64,000 nt of DNA from a virus (IMGVR_UViG_3300032007_000003:96001-160000), one strand, 5' to 3'; positions 9,570 through 19,989 are shown, counted from the first letter of the stretch. Notes: generated by a model from the letters alone, not told the origin. Numbers and translations: made by a program.

Positions 9570-10379
9570 TTAATCCCAATTGTCTAGTATTTTTGTAATT
9601 AATGGATTTCTTACTATGTCTTCTCTTGTAAACTCTGTGATTCCAACCTCATCTAATTTGCCTATATGTTCTATTGCATATAATAGTCCACTTTCTGATT
9701 TTTTTGTAACAATATCTCTACGGTTTGTTTGTAGAGAATCACCAGTTAAAATCATTTTACTATTTTCACCCAATCTTGTAAGTATCAGTCTTAGATTTTC
9801 CTTGGTATATTGTTCACATTCATTGACACATATTAAGGCATTATCGAATGTTTTACCTAATGCAAAATTAATAAATTCGTATTTTATATAATTATTGCTT
9901 ATTAAGGATTGTGCTGTCATATATGGGTCAGCATTTCCACTATTCCTTAAAATCTTCGTGATTGTCTGTTCATCACACTCAAGATATGGCTGTATCTTGG
10001 TTTCTAAATCACCTTTAAGGTAGCCTAGGTTTAAGTCTAATCCTCCCGCTGGAGCTGTAGGTATCATCATAATGATATTTGAATAATTACCATCCTTTAA
10101 CTCCTTAAGCGCATATGCTAGTGAGAGATAGGATTTTCCAGTACCTGGCGAACCAACTCCAAAGCATATTTGGTAATTTTTATTTTTAAGTAATTTCAAA
10201 AACTCTTTTTGTTTTTCGTTTTTACACTTTATGTCAATTTTGTAACTAAGTGTTTTTAATTTAGAACATAACCCTTCCGATGTAAGATAATTGAGAGCAC
10301 AGTCTCCTTTCATCTTTTGTTCAATGAATTCCATTTCTAATTCACTGACGCTTTCTTTTAAGTTTTTCTTTTTTCCCAT
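9570..10379 (-). CDS. phoH: PhoH-family ATPase
   Basis: 'GSPGTGKS', 'LGYLKG', 'GKTFDNA', 'LTRLGENSKMILTGD..QT', 'DIVRNPL'. Confidence 0.92.
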   Translation of the reverse strand: MGKKKNLKESVSELEMEFIEQKMKGDCALNYLTSEGLCSKLKTLSYKIDIKCKNEKQKEFLKLLKNKNYQICFGVGSPGTGKSYLSLAYALKELKDGNYSNIIMMIPTAPAGGLDLNLGYLKGDLETKIQPYLECDEQTITKILRNSGNADPYMTAQSLISNNYIKYEFINFALGKTFDNALICVNECEQYTKENLRLILTRLGENSKMILTGDSLQTNRRDIVTKKSESGLLYAIEHIGKLDEVGITEFTREDIVRNPLITKILDNWD

Positions 10380-10488
10380 AAAAATTAGTTTAGAAAAAAA
10401 GCGCATTAGTCCATTAAAGAACTAGTGCGCTTTTGATTATGTAATAATAAATGTTTCCATGTATCGTTGCTTTAATATAAATATCGCT

Positions 10489-11958
10489 TTAAGCATATTT
10501 GTTATTCAAATCATCTACGATATTGAATGATAGAACGTCATGGTGAATAATACTATTCATTCCATAAGTAATTTTAACATCAACGTAGTATCTCTGTGGT
10601 ATAAGAATGTTTGTATCTATGACGTAGAAGTTCTCAGAGAATGTCTTATTAATTTTATCCCACTCGATTACGTCTATCTCTCTAGTACCATCTTTCACAT
10701 AAACTCTTATGTTCAAATTATCTACTAGTTGAACAGTATTTGTTGTATAATTTGGCTTTGCTGATATAATTAGTTTCCTAATATCACCACGTTTAATATC
10801 TTCTTTTTCTTTAATGCCACTTATTGAAGGAGTAAATGTTGTGTTGGTTACACTCAATGAGTTTCCAATGTTGAAGAAATTAGGAGTATCTTTAAGCGTA
10901 AAATCAAGCTCCACATCGTCCAATTTTGTTCCTTGGTAATAGATATTACTCCAGACATCATAAAGCATTGTATCAGCCTCGAAATCGCCTTTAGAGAGCT
11001 TCAAATCAACATAATAGATACCTCTAGTATGCTTTTGTGATTCAAGTTCCATAATAATTTCATCGTCACTGTTCTTAATTGTAACAGTTGGGTTATTATC
11101 TAAATCTTGTAACGTATCTCCGATGGTACAATATAGGTATAATTTATTATTCTTGTTAAGGACGAAGTTTGCTCTATCATCCAATACCACATTGTCATAT
11201 CTAGTTTCTACGAATGGTTGGAAGAATGTATTAGTTTTATTGGTTAGTAAACCTAAATAATTTTCATATTCTGTTTCAGTAACCTCTAAAAATGGCGAGA
11301 ATGCGATACCTATACCGTAGTTTTTTAGTTCATCAGTTATAAATTTGTTAAACGTGTCGGTAATATCTACATTTATATTCTCATTACCAACATCAAAGTG
11401 TTGCCTTGCTATAACTAGTGAAGGTTCATTTGCTGAGAATTTGTCATATTCATTTGATAATGTACTATTTGTATAAACCCCTTCTTCATCCCATAGGATA
11501 CCGTTTTTCCTTTGAAACCAATTACACCCATCAGTTGATACTAATCTCTTTGGGTCAATTGGTGTTGGAGAATAATATCCTGCGTTTAGTGCATTCATTG
11601 AATAGTCAAATCCTTTTCCGCTATCCCATTCTTTAGGAATTAAGAAGAAAATTAAGTCAAAACTTGTTGCACGTATTTTTTTATTGTCATTAATTGAACT
11701 TGTTTCACATTCGTGTAATTGCGTAAAGTCCAAAAACCCAGCATTAGTAATATGGAGAGTGTGTTTCATTTTCTCCATATTCGGCATGATTCCATCATTC
11801 ATTAGTTTTTTAACTTTTGAATGGTCAAAATATATCAACGTTCTAGATACAATGGTATCTTTTCCATATACAAGTTCTGCAATGGGATTAAGACCAGTAT
11901 TAAGTTTACTATTTGAAATAATCGTATCTGTTTTTTCTATATAACTTTTATATATCAT
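10489..11958 (-). CDS. Hypothetical virion protein (beta-rich)
   Basis: 489-aa ORF coupled to the tail-completion-like gene. Confidence 0.5.
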   Translation of the reverse strand: MIYKSYIEKTDTIISNSKLNTGLNPIAELVYGKDTIVSRTLIYFDHSKVKKLMNDGIMPNMEKMKHTLHITNAGFLDFTQLHECETSSINDNKKIRATSFDLIFFLIPKEWDSGKGFDYSMNALNAGYYSPTPIDPKRLVSTDGCNWFQRKNGILWDEEGVYTNSTLSNEYDKFSANEPSLVIARQHFDVGNENINVDITDTFNKFITDELKNYGIGIAFSPFLEVTETEYENYLGLLTNKTNTFFQPFVETRYDNVVLDDRANFVLNKNNKLYLYCTIGDTLQDLDNNPTVTIKNSDDEIIMELESQKHTRGIYYVDLKLSKGDFEADTMLYDVWSNIYYQGTKLDDVELDFTLKDTPNFFNIGNSLSVTNTTFTPSISGIKEKEDIKRGDIRKLIISAKPNYTTNTVQLVDNLNIRVYVKDGTREIDVIEWDKINKTFSENFYVIDTNILIPQRYYVDVKITYGMNSIIHHDVLSFNIVDDLNNKYA

Positions 11959-13258
11959 CTTCGTTAGGGTAATTAATCATTATGTCTTCTTCATCACTTG
12001 GTTCATCTAGTGATGACTCTGTGATATTTTCTTTATCTATTGCCACATTTGGGTCGTATCCAACTAAGTATAGTTCAGAGCTTTCCTCAACATTATCTCT
12101 AGTGATTCTAACTGTTATTTCATCACCTTCATAAAATCTAATGTCATTATCTAAATTCATTAGTTCACCATTGACGATAATCTTAAAATCATAAACATTA
12201 TTTGTCTCAATAGTTGTTAATACCATTTCTTTATCAATTATGAACGATAATTCAGTTGTACACTCATCAAAATTCATCATTACCTTCATAACTTTATTGT
12301 AATATCTATTTGGAGTTGGTTCACAACAATTATCATTATCATCTGAAGGCTCATATATGATGTTTGGTTTATCTTTCTCATCGATTGGTATAACTTCACA
12401 ATGGTCATCTTTAGTCATTACATCTATCTTGTTGGTAAAACCTTCCATAAATATAACTTTTTCATCTTCTCTTCTGTTCTTGCCTCTTCTGTTAACAATA
12501 CCACTAGCATCTGAATCATGCGAAGATAAAATTAATCTTGATGGCACTCTTTCTACACTATAGTCTTCTTTGCGTATGATATAGCCTCTTACCTTTATCT
12601 TATATGACTGAGAGTAATATTTACGGTCATCTATTGTGTATTCAGATTCGTCAGATACATCATCTAATGTCATTGACATGGGATGGTCATTTGGAGAAAT
12701 ATAACAGTTAATGGCATTAAATTCATAATGCATAAGTTCATTAACTTTGTTTATAATCTCCATTTTATTTGATATTATAGAGACGGTATATATAAAATTA
12801 ATCTGGGTTGGTTGCTTCATTGTATACTTATCATAAGCTTCAGTGCCATTTTCTTGTAATACTGGAACATAGAACATGGCGAAATCCTTATGTCCTGGAA
12901 TGTTAAAATAATTTCCTTGGCTTTCACCCTTTTGTGGATTAAGTTCACGAGTTACAGTTAGGAAGTTTATGATTGGATTTCCAGTTTCATCTTGTTTATC
13001 CCATTCTTGTATGTACTCACTTAATCTCTGAGTACTATATAACTTATAAATAGGTAATTTCTTACCATCATATACAACATCTATGTGTTTTACAACCCAG
13101 TCATACATTGTTTGGTCTATGTCACTGAATTCGATTGGTTTTGGAAATGGCGTACCATACTCCAATATTACCTTTGACATATTCCTACGTCTCTCAGTGC
13201 CATGTGCATGGTGACGTAGTTTGAGTTTATCCATATATGGTTTTGGTTGTATTAACAT
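11948..13258 (-). CDS. Tail completion/neck protein (gp15-like) with C-terminal extension
   Basis: 'FSDIDQTMYDW', 'P.QINFIYTVSI.....E.INKVNE', 'YSQSYKIKVRGY' fit a tail-terminator-like pattern. Confidence 0.5.
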   Translation of the reverse strand: MLIQPKPYMDKLKLRHHAHGTERRRNMSKVILEYGTPFPKPIEFSDIDQTMYDWVVKHIDVVYDGKKLPIYKLYSTQRLSEYIQEWDKQDETGNPIINFLTVTRELNPQKGESQGNYFNIPGHKDFAMFYVPVLQENGTEAYDKYTMKQPTQINFIYTVSIISNKMEIINKVNELMHYEFNAINCYISPNDHPMSMTLDDVSDESEYTIDDRKYYSQSYKIKVRGYIIRKEDYSVERVPSRLILSSHDSDASGIVNRRGKNRREDEKVIFMEGFTNKIDVMTKDDHCEVIPIDEKDKPNIIYEPSDDNDNCCEPTPNRYYNKVMKVMMNFDECTTELSFIIDKEMVLTTIETNNVYDFKIIVNGELMNLDNDIRFYEGDEITVRITRDNVEESSELYLVGYDPNVAIDKENITESSLDEPSDEEDIMINYPNEDDI

Positions 13259-13323
13259 AATCTTGATTTTTTACAATAAATATTTGTTAAATGGTAATAT
13301 TTATAAGAAATAAGAAATATACA

Positions 13324-13707
13324 ATGGCACAGTTCTTCTTTTTGAAACAGAATAGTACGCTCCCTACTTTACGCATGGAGTTAATTGAGGATGGTAGACA
13401 TGATTTTCACAAGTTCCATGAATGTATTCAGAACGCTGAAATAACCTTTACAATGGTAAATATTGATACCAATGTAACAAAGGTTGCAAAGGCAAAGGCT
13501 TATATTAAGTTACGTGAGAATGATGACTGTACAGAACAATACGTCATATGCTATGATTGGAAAGCACGTGACACAAAGGAGGCTGGCTCATATAAGGGAA
13601 CTTTTGAAATTACTTTTAATGGAAATATTAAGAATGATTCATATACATATCCAAGTGGTATACTCAATATGCCGATTAGAGAAGACCTTATTGTGGTAAT
13701 AAAATAA
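13324..13707 (+). CDS. BppU-N-like Ig-fold baseplate/fibre protein
   Basis: 'FFLKQNSTLP.L', 'YDWKARDT..AGSYKGTFEITF'. Late motif at 13297-13305 favours this start. Confidence 0.55.
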   Translation: MAQFFFLKQNSTLPTLRMELIEDGRHDFHKFHECIQNAEITFTMVNIDTNVTKVAKAKAYIKLRENDDCTEQYVICYDWKARDTKEAGSYKGTFEITFNGNIKNDSYTYPSGILNMPIREDLIVVIK

Positions 13708-13719
13708 AAAGGAGAGAAC

Positions 13720-13974
13720 CTATTTCTCTCCTTTTTCTTTTAATATTTCATCAAATTTTTTCTTTTCCTCTTCTGTACATAATTCATAGAATTTCTGATA
13801 GTTAATTTGCAAATCATAGTTTTTATCCTTAACGTCTTTTAACTCGTTAAACATTGCACCATAATATGCCTCGAATTGGTAATATCCTTTTTTTGTAACA
13901 CCTTTTATGATGCCCATATTACCGCTATTTCTACTGATTATGTAATCTCCCTTTTGAAATTTTGGTTCAATCAT
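13720..13974 (-). CDS. Hypothetical protein
   Basis: ORF in the helicase operon. Confidence 0.6.
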   Translation of the reverse strand: MIEPKFQKGDYIISRNSGNMGIIKGVTKKGYYQFEAYYGAMFNELKDVKDKNYDLQINYQKFYELCTEEEKKKFDEILKEKGEK

Positions 13975-13975
13975 A

Positions 13976-14371
13976 TCAATTAAGCATTAAAACATTCTTT
14001 ATTGCAAGTTTACGCTCAACTTCTTCAAGGGTTTCACCGAATCTAAAGAATATCCTTCCATCCTCTGGATAATCCTCATAGGCATCCATATTCTCCCAAG
14101 CTAGAGCGATAATACCATCGGTACAATCTTGAAATCCAAAACAGCATGAATCTTGTATTAAATCAAGTTTTATTTTCATTTTTACGATATGAATTTCTGT
14201 CATGTACTCATCATTTGGAATGAGATTATTTACCAAACAACAAGGTTTATATTCGAAACCTTCCCCCCAGAATTCATCAATATTATCAGTGAATATAAAT
14301 TCATATCTGTAATATCCGTCAGTTTCCTCTCCAATTAATTTGATAAATCCTAGTTTTACTTCCTCTTCCAT
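13976..14371 (-). CDS. Hypothetical acidic protein
   Basis: ORF in the helicase operon. Confidence 0.6.
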   Translation of the reverse strand: MEEEVKLGFIKLIGEETDGYYRYEFIFTDNIDEFWGEGFEYKPCCLVNNLIPNDEYMTEIHIVKMKIKLDLIQDSCCFGFQDCTDGIIALAWENMDAYEDYPEDGRIFFRFGETLEEVERKLAIKNVLMLN

Positions 14372-14374
14372 AAT

Positions 14375-14815
14375 TTATTTATTTTTATTCATTTTTGTAA
14401 TCATATCCTTGAGATATGCTATTCTTTCAGCCCTACTTTTAATTTTCAATGCCTCATCCAAAGAACCATTTTTATCCAACTCGATAATGGTTTCAGCATC
14501 ACCCTTTCTGAAACCTTTTAATGGTTGTTCCTCTGCTTTAGGTTCTGGGTCTGATATCTGTATCTTCTCTGCTATTTCATCTCTCTTTAGTTTAGCCACT
14601 TCATCCAATTCATCATCAAGTTTGATAATTTCTTGAATCTTTTTTACATCTTCATTAGTAGCCTTAAGTTCGTCAATCTTATCACTCACTACCTTTTCCT
14701 CATCAATTACAGTGGCATCAATGATTATGCCATCCTTAACCATATATTCAATACGTTTACCATCTTTCTCAGTTACGATTTTAACAATATTCTTTAAATC
14801 AATTTTAAATTCCAT
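14375..14815 (-). CDS. Hypothetical protein
   Basis: ORF in the helicase operon. Confidence 0.6.
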   Translation of the reverse strand: MEFKIDLKNIVKIVTEKDGKRIEYMVKDGIIIDATVIDEEKVVSDKIDELKATNEDVKKIQEIIKLDDELDEVAKLKRDEIAEKIQISDPEPKAEEQPLKGFRKGDAETIIELDKNGSLDEALKIKSRAERIAYLKDMITKMNKNK

Positions 14816-14822
14816 AATTCAA

Positions 14823-14972
14823 TTATTTTATAGTATTATTATTTTCTCTTCTTTTGGTTGCATCACGAAACATAGATTTATATCCCTCATATTCTCTAGG
14901 CAGTGATTCAATCTCCCATAAACTCAAGAGTCCTTTGACACCATTATTATAAACACCTTTATCAATACTCAT
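14823..14972 (-). CDS. 49-aa hypothetical protein (not in ORF track)
   Basis: MSIDKGVYNNGVKGLLSLWEIES...TIK* fills the gap between its neighbours. Confidence 0.45.
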   Translation of the reverse strand: MSIDKGVYNNGVKGLLSLWEIESLPREYEGYKSMFRDATKRRENNNTIK

Positions 14973-14973
14973 A

Positions 14974-16935
14974 TTATTTATCATTTTCGCTGACAATGAT
15001 ATTGTCGATTATTTCTTGTTTTCCTCTAACTTTATCAAACATTTCTTTATAAAATGTATCAGAAAATACTTGATAATAAATAGTTACATCATTTTTTTGA
15101 TTTAATCTATGTATTCTATCTTCAGCTTGTAGATTATCTCCACTCACCCAACTGAAACTATTGAATATTGCAACACGGCTTGCAACTAGTGTAAGACCAA
15201 CGCCAGCACTCTGTATATTTCCAATAAAGACCTTTATATTAGGGTTATTTTGAAATTCCTCAACTGACTTATCTTTCCTCTTGATTGTCATCTTTCCATT
15301 GTGGACAACACATATATCCTTAAAAGCCTCTTTAATGGTATTAAGCTCCTCATCAAATGAACAAAATATGACAACCTTATGTCCTAAATTAATACATTTT
15401 TTTGCAAGACTGATGGTTTTGTTTGCCATAGAGTTAGCTAGCCATTGGCGCATCATAATACCCTCAGTAATCTTCTTATATTTCTCAATGTCCTCTTTAT
15501 TCTTACCATCTTTAGCTTGAATATATTCATCCCATACCCTTTCATAACTTTCTCTTTCTTTTTCGGTTAACTTATAATTCAAAACCTTAACAGTTTTCTT
15601 GACAATTTTACCAAAGTCACTCTTCAATCTTCTAATATAATAAGGCTTTATGATTTCTTGTAATTCATCTAGATTTGAAGAGCCATCCGTTACCCAGATT
15701 TTCTTTAGTGTTTTTTCAAGAACCTTATCTAGTTCTTCTTTTTCCTCAGATGTCAGCTCATACCAACTGTTTTTTCCTTTCTCTTGACAAAATAGGAATG
15801 TAACAGCATCACGTTCCTTTTTATTATAAAAACTCTTTCCATCACAATATCTTTCAACGTAGTATTTCCAATCATCAGCAAGAGGACAACCGATAATTTT
15901 AAGAATATTGAAAAAGTTGATTGGACGATTGGTGATTGGAGTACCAGTTATGGCATATATACCCTTTGGATTGCTTCTCTTAACCAAGTCAGACACAATC
16001 TTGAATATACCACTAGTAGTATTAGATAGTCTGTGTGCCTCATCAATTATCACCAAATCGAAGTTGGATTGGAACAATTGACTATTATCCATTGCTTCTC
16101 GTATGATATTTTTCTTTCTAGATACCTTTTCCTTTTCTTTAGTAACCTTTCTAAGTTTTCCATCTTCATATTCAAGTGTGGTAGATTTAACTGTCTCAGT
16201 TGGTATTTCATAGAAGTTTTTTAAAATATCATAATTGATAATGGTAAATTTATTCTCCTTCCACTTGCTACCCTCTACAATGGTAATCTCATCCTCAGAT
16301 ACGAGATTCTTCAATTCCTTGAACCATGTCAACTTAACTGAAGCTGGTGAAATAATCAACACCTTCTCGTATTTATCCTCAAGAGCTGCCACAATTGCTG
16401 CAAGAGTCTTACCACTACCCATTTCACTTGCGAGAATGCCCTTTTTACGGCTTGTGAGGAACTTTACAGCCTCTTCTTGGTAAGGATAAAGGTTAAATCC
16501 CATTCGCTCGTTGTAGGCATTAAAATCTATTAATTTATTCTCCCAAGGCTCACTCAAGAAATCTGTTAATATCGCTTTCTTTGGTGCAAATATTTCAATT
16601 GCCTTTTCTTGTGACCTTCTATAGATTGCATAGAAGTGATATAAGTTATCCATTTCTCCTAAGAACCAAGTGATTTTCAACACCTTTGGCACAAAATCAA
16701 GTAATAAATCACTATGTAGTTTCTCACCGTACCAATCAGCAATCTTTACAATCTTATTTATTTCCTTTGGCTCTCTCTCGTAATTTGACAAAACATATTC
16801 AGACTCAAAATCATTCAATGCTCTCGTTTGATAAGCAATTACAATGTTTTTGAGCTTAATTATATAAGAATTATTGCCTTTATAATTCTTAAGTAATTCA
16901 TATGTCTTTTCAATTTTTGATAAAGATAATCCCAT
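14974..16935 (-). CDS. SNF2/SMARCAL1-like superfamily-2 helicase
   Basis: 'LYPYQEEAV', 'EMGSGKT', 'IIDEAH', 'TGTP..N', 'AGVGLTL', 'QAEDRIHR'. Confidence 0.92.
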   Translation of the reverse strand: MGLSLSKIEKTYELLKNYKGNNSYIIKLKNIVIAYQTRALNDFESEYVLSNYEREPKEINKIVKIADWYGEKLHSDLLLDFVPKVLKITWFLGEMDNLYHFYAIYRRSQEKAIEIFAPKKAILTDFLSEPWENKLIDFNAYNERMGFNLYPYQEEAVKFLTSRKKGILASEMGSGKTLAAIVAALEDKYEKVLIISPASVKLTWFKELKNLVSEDEITIVEGSKWKENKFTIINYDILKNFYEIPTETVKSTTLEYEDGKLRKVTKEKEKVSRKKNIIREAMDNSQLFQSNFDLVIIDEAHRLSNTTSGIFKIVSDLVKRSNPKGIYAITGTPITNRPINFFNILKIIGCPLADDWKYYVERYCDGKSFYNKKERDAVTFLFCQEKGKNSWYELTSEEKEELDKVLEKTLKKIWVTDGSSNLDELQEIIKPYYIRRLKSDFGKIVKKTVKVLNYKLTEKERESYERVWDEYIQAKDGKNKEDIEKYKKITEGIMMRQWLANSMANKTISLAKKCINLGHKVVIFCSFDEELNTIKEAFKDICVVHNGKMTIKRKDKSVEEFQNNPNIKVFIGNIQSAGVGLTLVASRVAIFNSFSWVSGDNLQAEDRIHRLNQKNDVTIYYQVFSDTFYKEMFDKVRGKQEIIDNIIVSENDK

Positions 16936-17039
16936 ATTTTTATATTTTATCCTTGATAAAATATAAAAATATTTTTGAAAAAATCAAGTGTTTTAAATGA
17001 AAAAATGCAGATATTTATAAGAAATATTTATGTTTTATA

Positions 17040-17789
17040 ATGAAAATAGTTAAAATAAACGAATCTCAAAAGAAAAGATTATTTGAAGCATATAGGGAAG
17101 GTTTCTCATTTGACGAGTTATCGGTGCTTGGAAATGATGCTTTTTCTGATGAGGAATATAGTGGAAAGTTACAATTCGAATATTGTAGGAAATGGTTGGG
17201 TGAACCAGTTGCAAGAGGTACTTCTAGATGCATATTCATGTTAAGTGATAATCTAGTTCTTAAGTTGGCATGCGGTAGATATGAGGCAGGAAAGGCTCAG
17301 AATCGTCTTGAATGTCAGTTATATGAGGATAATCCTTCACCTTTAATGGTGAGAATATTTGGAAATGATGATAATTTTTCATATGTAATTTGCGAGAATG
17401 TTGTACCTGCACAAGACATTGATTTTGAAAAGATTATAGATATTCCATTTTATTACAGATATTATAAACAAATGGGTTCTGAATATGTTAATTATTTTGA
17501 AAATCCAAAAGGAAGCTATAATGAAGTTCCTTTTAATGTACATGATGTAGTATGCTATTTAGAGGCAAACTATTGTGTTGGCGAAGGCTATTATCATAAG
17601 GAAATAGAAGAATACATAAGGAAAAACCCTTGGCTGAAAGAACTTAAGACATTCATCATGAATACACAGATTGGTGATTTAACTAAACCTGATAACTATG
17701 GCATTGTGAATAGAGATGGTAAACCAATGATTGTAATTCTCGATGCTGGAATGAACTTAGAAAATTGGGAGACATATTATCGTGGCTAA
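17040..17789 (+). CDS. Protein-kinase-like enzyme with N-terminal 'KINESQ' tag
   Basis: Gly loop 'ARGTSR', 'VLKLA' Lys, 'QNRLE' Glu, 'GDLTKPDNYG' catalytic loop, 'ILDAG' DFG equivalent. Confidence 0.7.
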   Translation: MKIVKINESQKKRLFEAYREGFSFDELSVLGNDAFSDEEYSGKLQFEYCRKWLGEPVARGTSRCIFMLSDNLVLKLACGRYEAGKAQNRLECQLYEDNPSPLMVRIFGNDDNFSYVICENVVPAQDIDFEKIIDIPFYYRYYKQMGSEYVNYFENPKGSYNEVPFNVHDVVCYLEANYCVGEGYYHKEIEEYIRKNPWLKELKTFIMNTQIGDLTKPDNYGIVNRDGKPMIVILDAGMNLENWETYYRG

Positions 17790-18324
17790 TTTAAAATTTA
17801 ATACAAAAAACATAAGACGTGTTCCGATTAATAGAAACAGTCTTTTTTATGATGCAGATATGTTTGCATTGGAGAGAGAAATTGGAAAGGACTATATCGA
17901 ACAAGATATGGGGCAAACTGTTGTGCTTTATCAAGTTGATGCCTCACAAACACAAACTGATGCTGTGTATGGTGAAACAGACACTGATAATGTGGCATTC
18001 AAGACGCCAGTTGAAATTCCATGTACATATAAGATTGAACAACCAGAGTTAAAGTCATATGACAAATCAAAGCAACTTGGTACTTATATGAAAACAGGTA
18101 AACTCACCATAGGTGTATATCAAGAAACTCTTGTTGAACTTAATGTTGAGATTAAGAAGGGTGACTATATTGGTGTACAAATATCTCCAGAACATATGGA
18201 ATTCTTCGTAGTCAATAATGACGGTAAGAATAATTATGATAATGCTCATTCACTATGGGGCACAGTTCCATTGTATAGAACAATACAATGTTCACCAGTT
18301 GATACTAGTGAATTTAAGGCTTAA
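17782..18324 (+). CDS. Neck/head-closure protein (gp14-like)
   Basis: 'GQTVVLYQVD...DAVYGE....FKTPVEI', 'EIKKGDYI'; GTG start. Confidence 0.55.
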   Translation: MANLKFNTKNIRRVPINRNSLFYDADMFALEREIGKDYIEQDMGQTVVLYQVDASQTQTDAVYGETDTDNVAFKTPVEIPCTYKIEQPELKSYDKSKQLGTYMKTGKLTIGVYQETLVELNVEIKKGDYIGVQISPEHMEFFVVNNDGKNNYDNAHSLWGTVPLYRTIQCSPVDTSEFKA

Positions 18325-18356
18325 ACTAATATTTATATTAAAATACATATTTAATT

Positions 18357-18731
18357 ATGACACAGATTATAAGATTAACAGAATCAGATTTACATAAAAT
18401 CGTAGAAGAAACTGTAAGACGTACAGTTGATGAAGGTTGGGGCAAGGATGCTCTTAAGACAGCAGGACTTGGTGCAGCACTTGGTTTAGGTGCAGCTGGA
18501 ACACTTGCAACAGATAATCCAATCTCAAGAGGTCTTGATAGGCAATTCGCAGACCAAGAGGAAGTGGGAAGAGCATTCCCAGAGGATAGAGCAGAATTTG
18601 GTAAGGCTTTAAGTCCTAGAGGAAACGCTGAAGATAATACTATTTCTTGGGAAAAGGCTAATCAATTTGAAGGGAAGATTAGTAAAGCAATTACTGAATC
18701 AATTAACAAATACCTTAAGGAAAATGTGTAA
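18357..18731 (+). CDS. Tagged putative internal head protein with glycine-zipper segment
   Basis: 'IIRLTESDLHKIVEETVRRTVDEG' then 'AGLGAALGLGAAGTLA'. Late motif at 18329-18337. Confidence 0.6.
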   Translation: MTQIIRLTESDLHKIVEETVRRTVDEGWGKDALKTAGLGAALGLGAAGTLATDNPISRGLDRQFADQEEVGRAFPEDRAEFGKALSPRGNAEDNTISWEKANQFEGKISKAITESINKYLKENV

Positions 18732-18736
18732 TAAAG

Positions 18737-18769
18737 AAAGAGTGAGGAACAATCCCCACTCTTTTTTTT
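18737..18769. terminator. Bidirectional terminator
   Basis: AAAGAGTGAGGA-ACAA-TCCCCACTCTTT followed by a T-run. Confidence 0.75.
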
Positions 18770-18774
18770 GTTTT

Positions 18775-19989
18775 TTATTTTCTAGCTATTTGCTTATATA
18801 ATTCAACTCTATCCTTACATATTGCCTCAAGTGAATACTTGTCTTTAACAAAGTTATACAAATTGTCTTGTAGTTTCTTAAGCATATCCCTATCATTAGC
18901 AAGCTTATTGATGTACTTAGCCCATTGCTTATGATTCTTAGAAGAATCTACTAGAAGTGCAGTACCTTCCTCATTAATCTTACCACCTTTCTCAATCATA
19001 GGTACTAAATTAATGGTATATGCTCCAAAGTTCTGTGCTATAAATGCAGTATGAGTAAATCCACACTCAATTTCCTTAAGCTCAGATTTAACGCTATTAA
19101 ACTCATTCTCTTTCAATGGTGCGATAAGTACATCAACATTAGCATAGTGTGTGGCATATTTATTGATATCCCTAGTCCACATTCTACGGTATGATTCATT
19201 TGTGAATGGGTCATCAGTATATGCAATATATTTCATAAGGAAGTCCTTATGTTCTAGCGATACATTCTTATAGTTATCAGTGAAAATCTTCTCATAATCA
19301 CACCACACACTTTCCTCTGGCAGTATTGGACGTGTTGTCTTCTCACCAGTTTGTTGGTTATAGATTGTTCTATTACCTCTAGTATCGAAACCACATAATA
19401 CAAATTGTACCTTATCTTTATCGATTTGTTTTGCAATACCATCAAGTAATTGTAAATCCTTTAGGTGTGAAGAACCACAAATGATACCAACTCTAAGTTT
19501 ATCAGTAGGTGGTGTCTTTGGAACTGTATATTGTTCCTCATTTGGATTAATACCATTAGGGAATACCGCAACATTCTTATTATACTTCCTAAGCATATTA
19601 GCAAAGATTGGTGTTGTGGTTGTTACATAATCAGCCCTCTTTAAGTGATTAATAATTGGCTCATGCCATCTTTCCTTCTTTGCGGTTAGCGACATTGGAT
19701 GGTCTTCTCCAAGTTTAAAGTGGTCATCAACATCAATGATTACTGGTATGCCCAAGAACTTAATCATATCCATGATTTTACACTCTTTGTCAAGTTGCTT
19801 GTGTATGTGAATAAGGTCATATTGTTTTAAGAAAGTCTCAAGGTCTCCGTTTGGCATACTGTAAACAATATCTACATCAAATTCATCGCCATAGTGCTCT
19901 TGAATGTAAGTGTGTGGGTCTACTGAACGGAACTTACCCACACCAGTCCTATCACTAGGTATCACCAACATTTTAATTTTTTTATCCAT
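18775..19989 (-). CDS. GT-B glycosyltransferase
   Basis: 'IDVDD', 'ADYVTTTT', 'VFPNGI', 'DVLIAPL..NEFN..KSELK.IE'. Confidence 0.8.
   Translation of the reverse strand: MDKKIKMLVIPSDRTGVGKFRSVDPHTYIQEHYGDEFDVDIVYSMPNGDLETFLKQYDLIHIHKQLDKECKIMDMIKFLGIPVIIDVDDHFKLGEDHPMSLTAKKERWHEPIINHLKRADYVTTTTPIFANMLRKYNKNVAVFPNGINPNEEQYTVPKTPPTDKLRVGIICGSSHLKDLQLLDGIAKQIDKDKVQFVLCGFDTRGNRTIYNQQTGEKTTRPILPEESVWCDYEKIFTDNYKNVSLEHKDFLMKYIAYTDDPFTNESYRRMWTRDINKYATHYANVDVLIAPLKENEFNSVKSELKEIECGFTHTAFIAQNFGAYTINLVPMIEKGGKINEEGTALLVDSSKNHKQWAKYINKLANDRDMLKKLQDNLYNFVKDKYSLEAICKDRVELYKQIARK

Noticed and set aside
14974-16935. Intein in the SNF2 helicase
   Set aside because: The insertions are short and charged, with no C/S...HN splice motifs or LAGLIDADG blocks.
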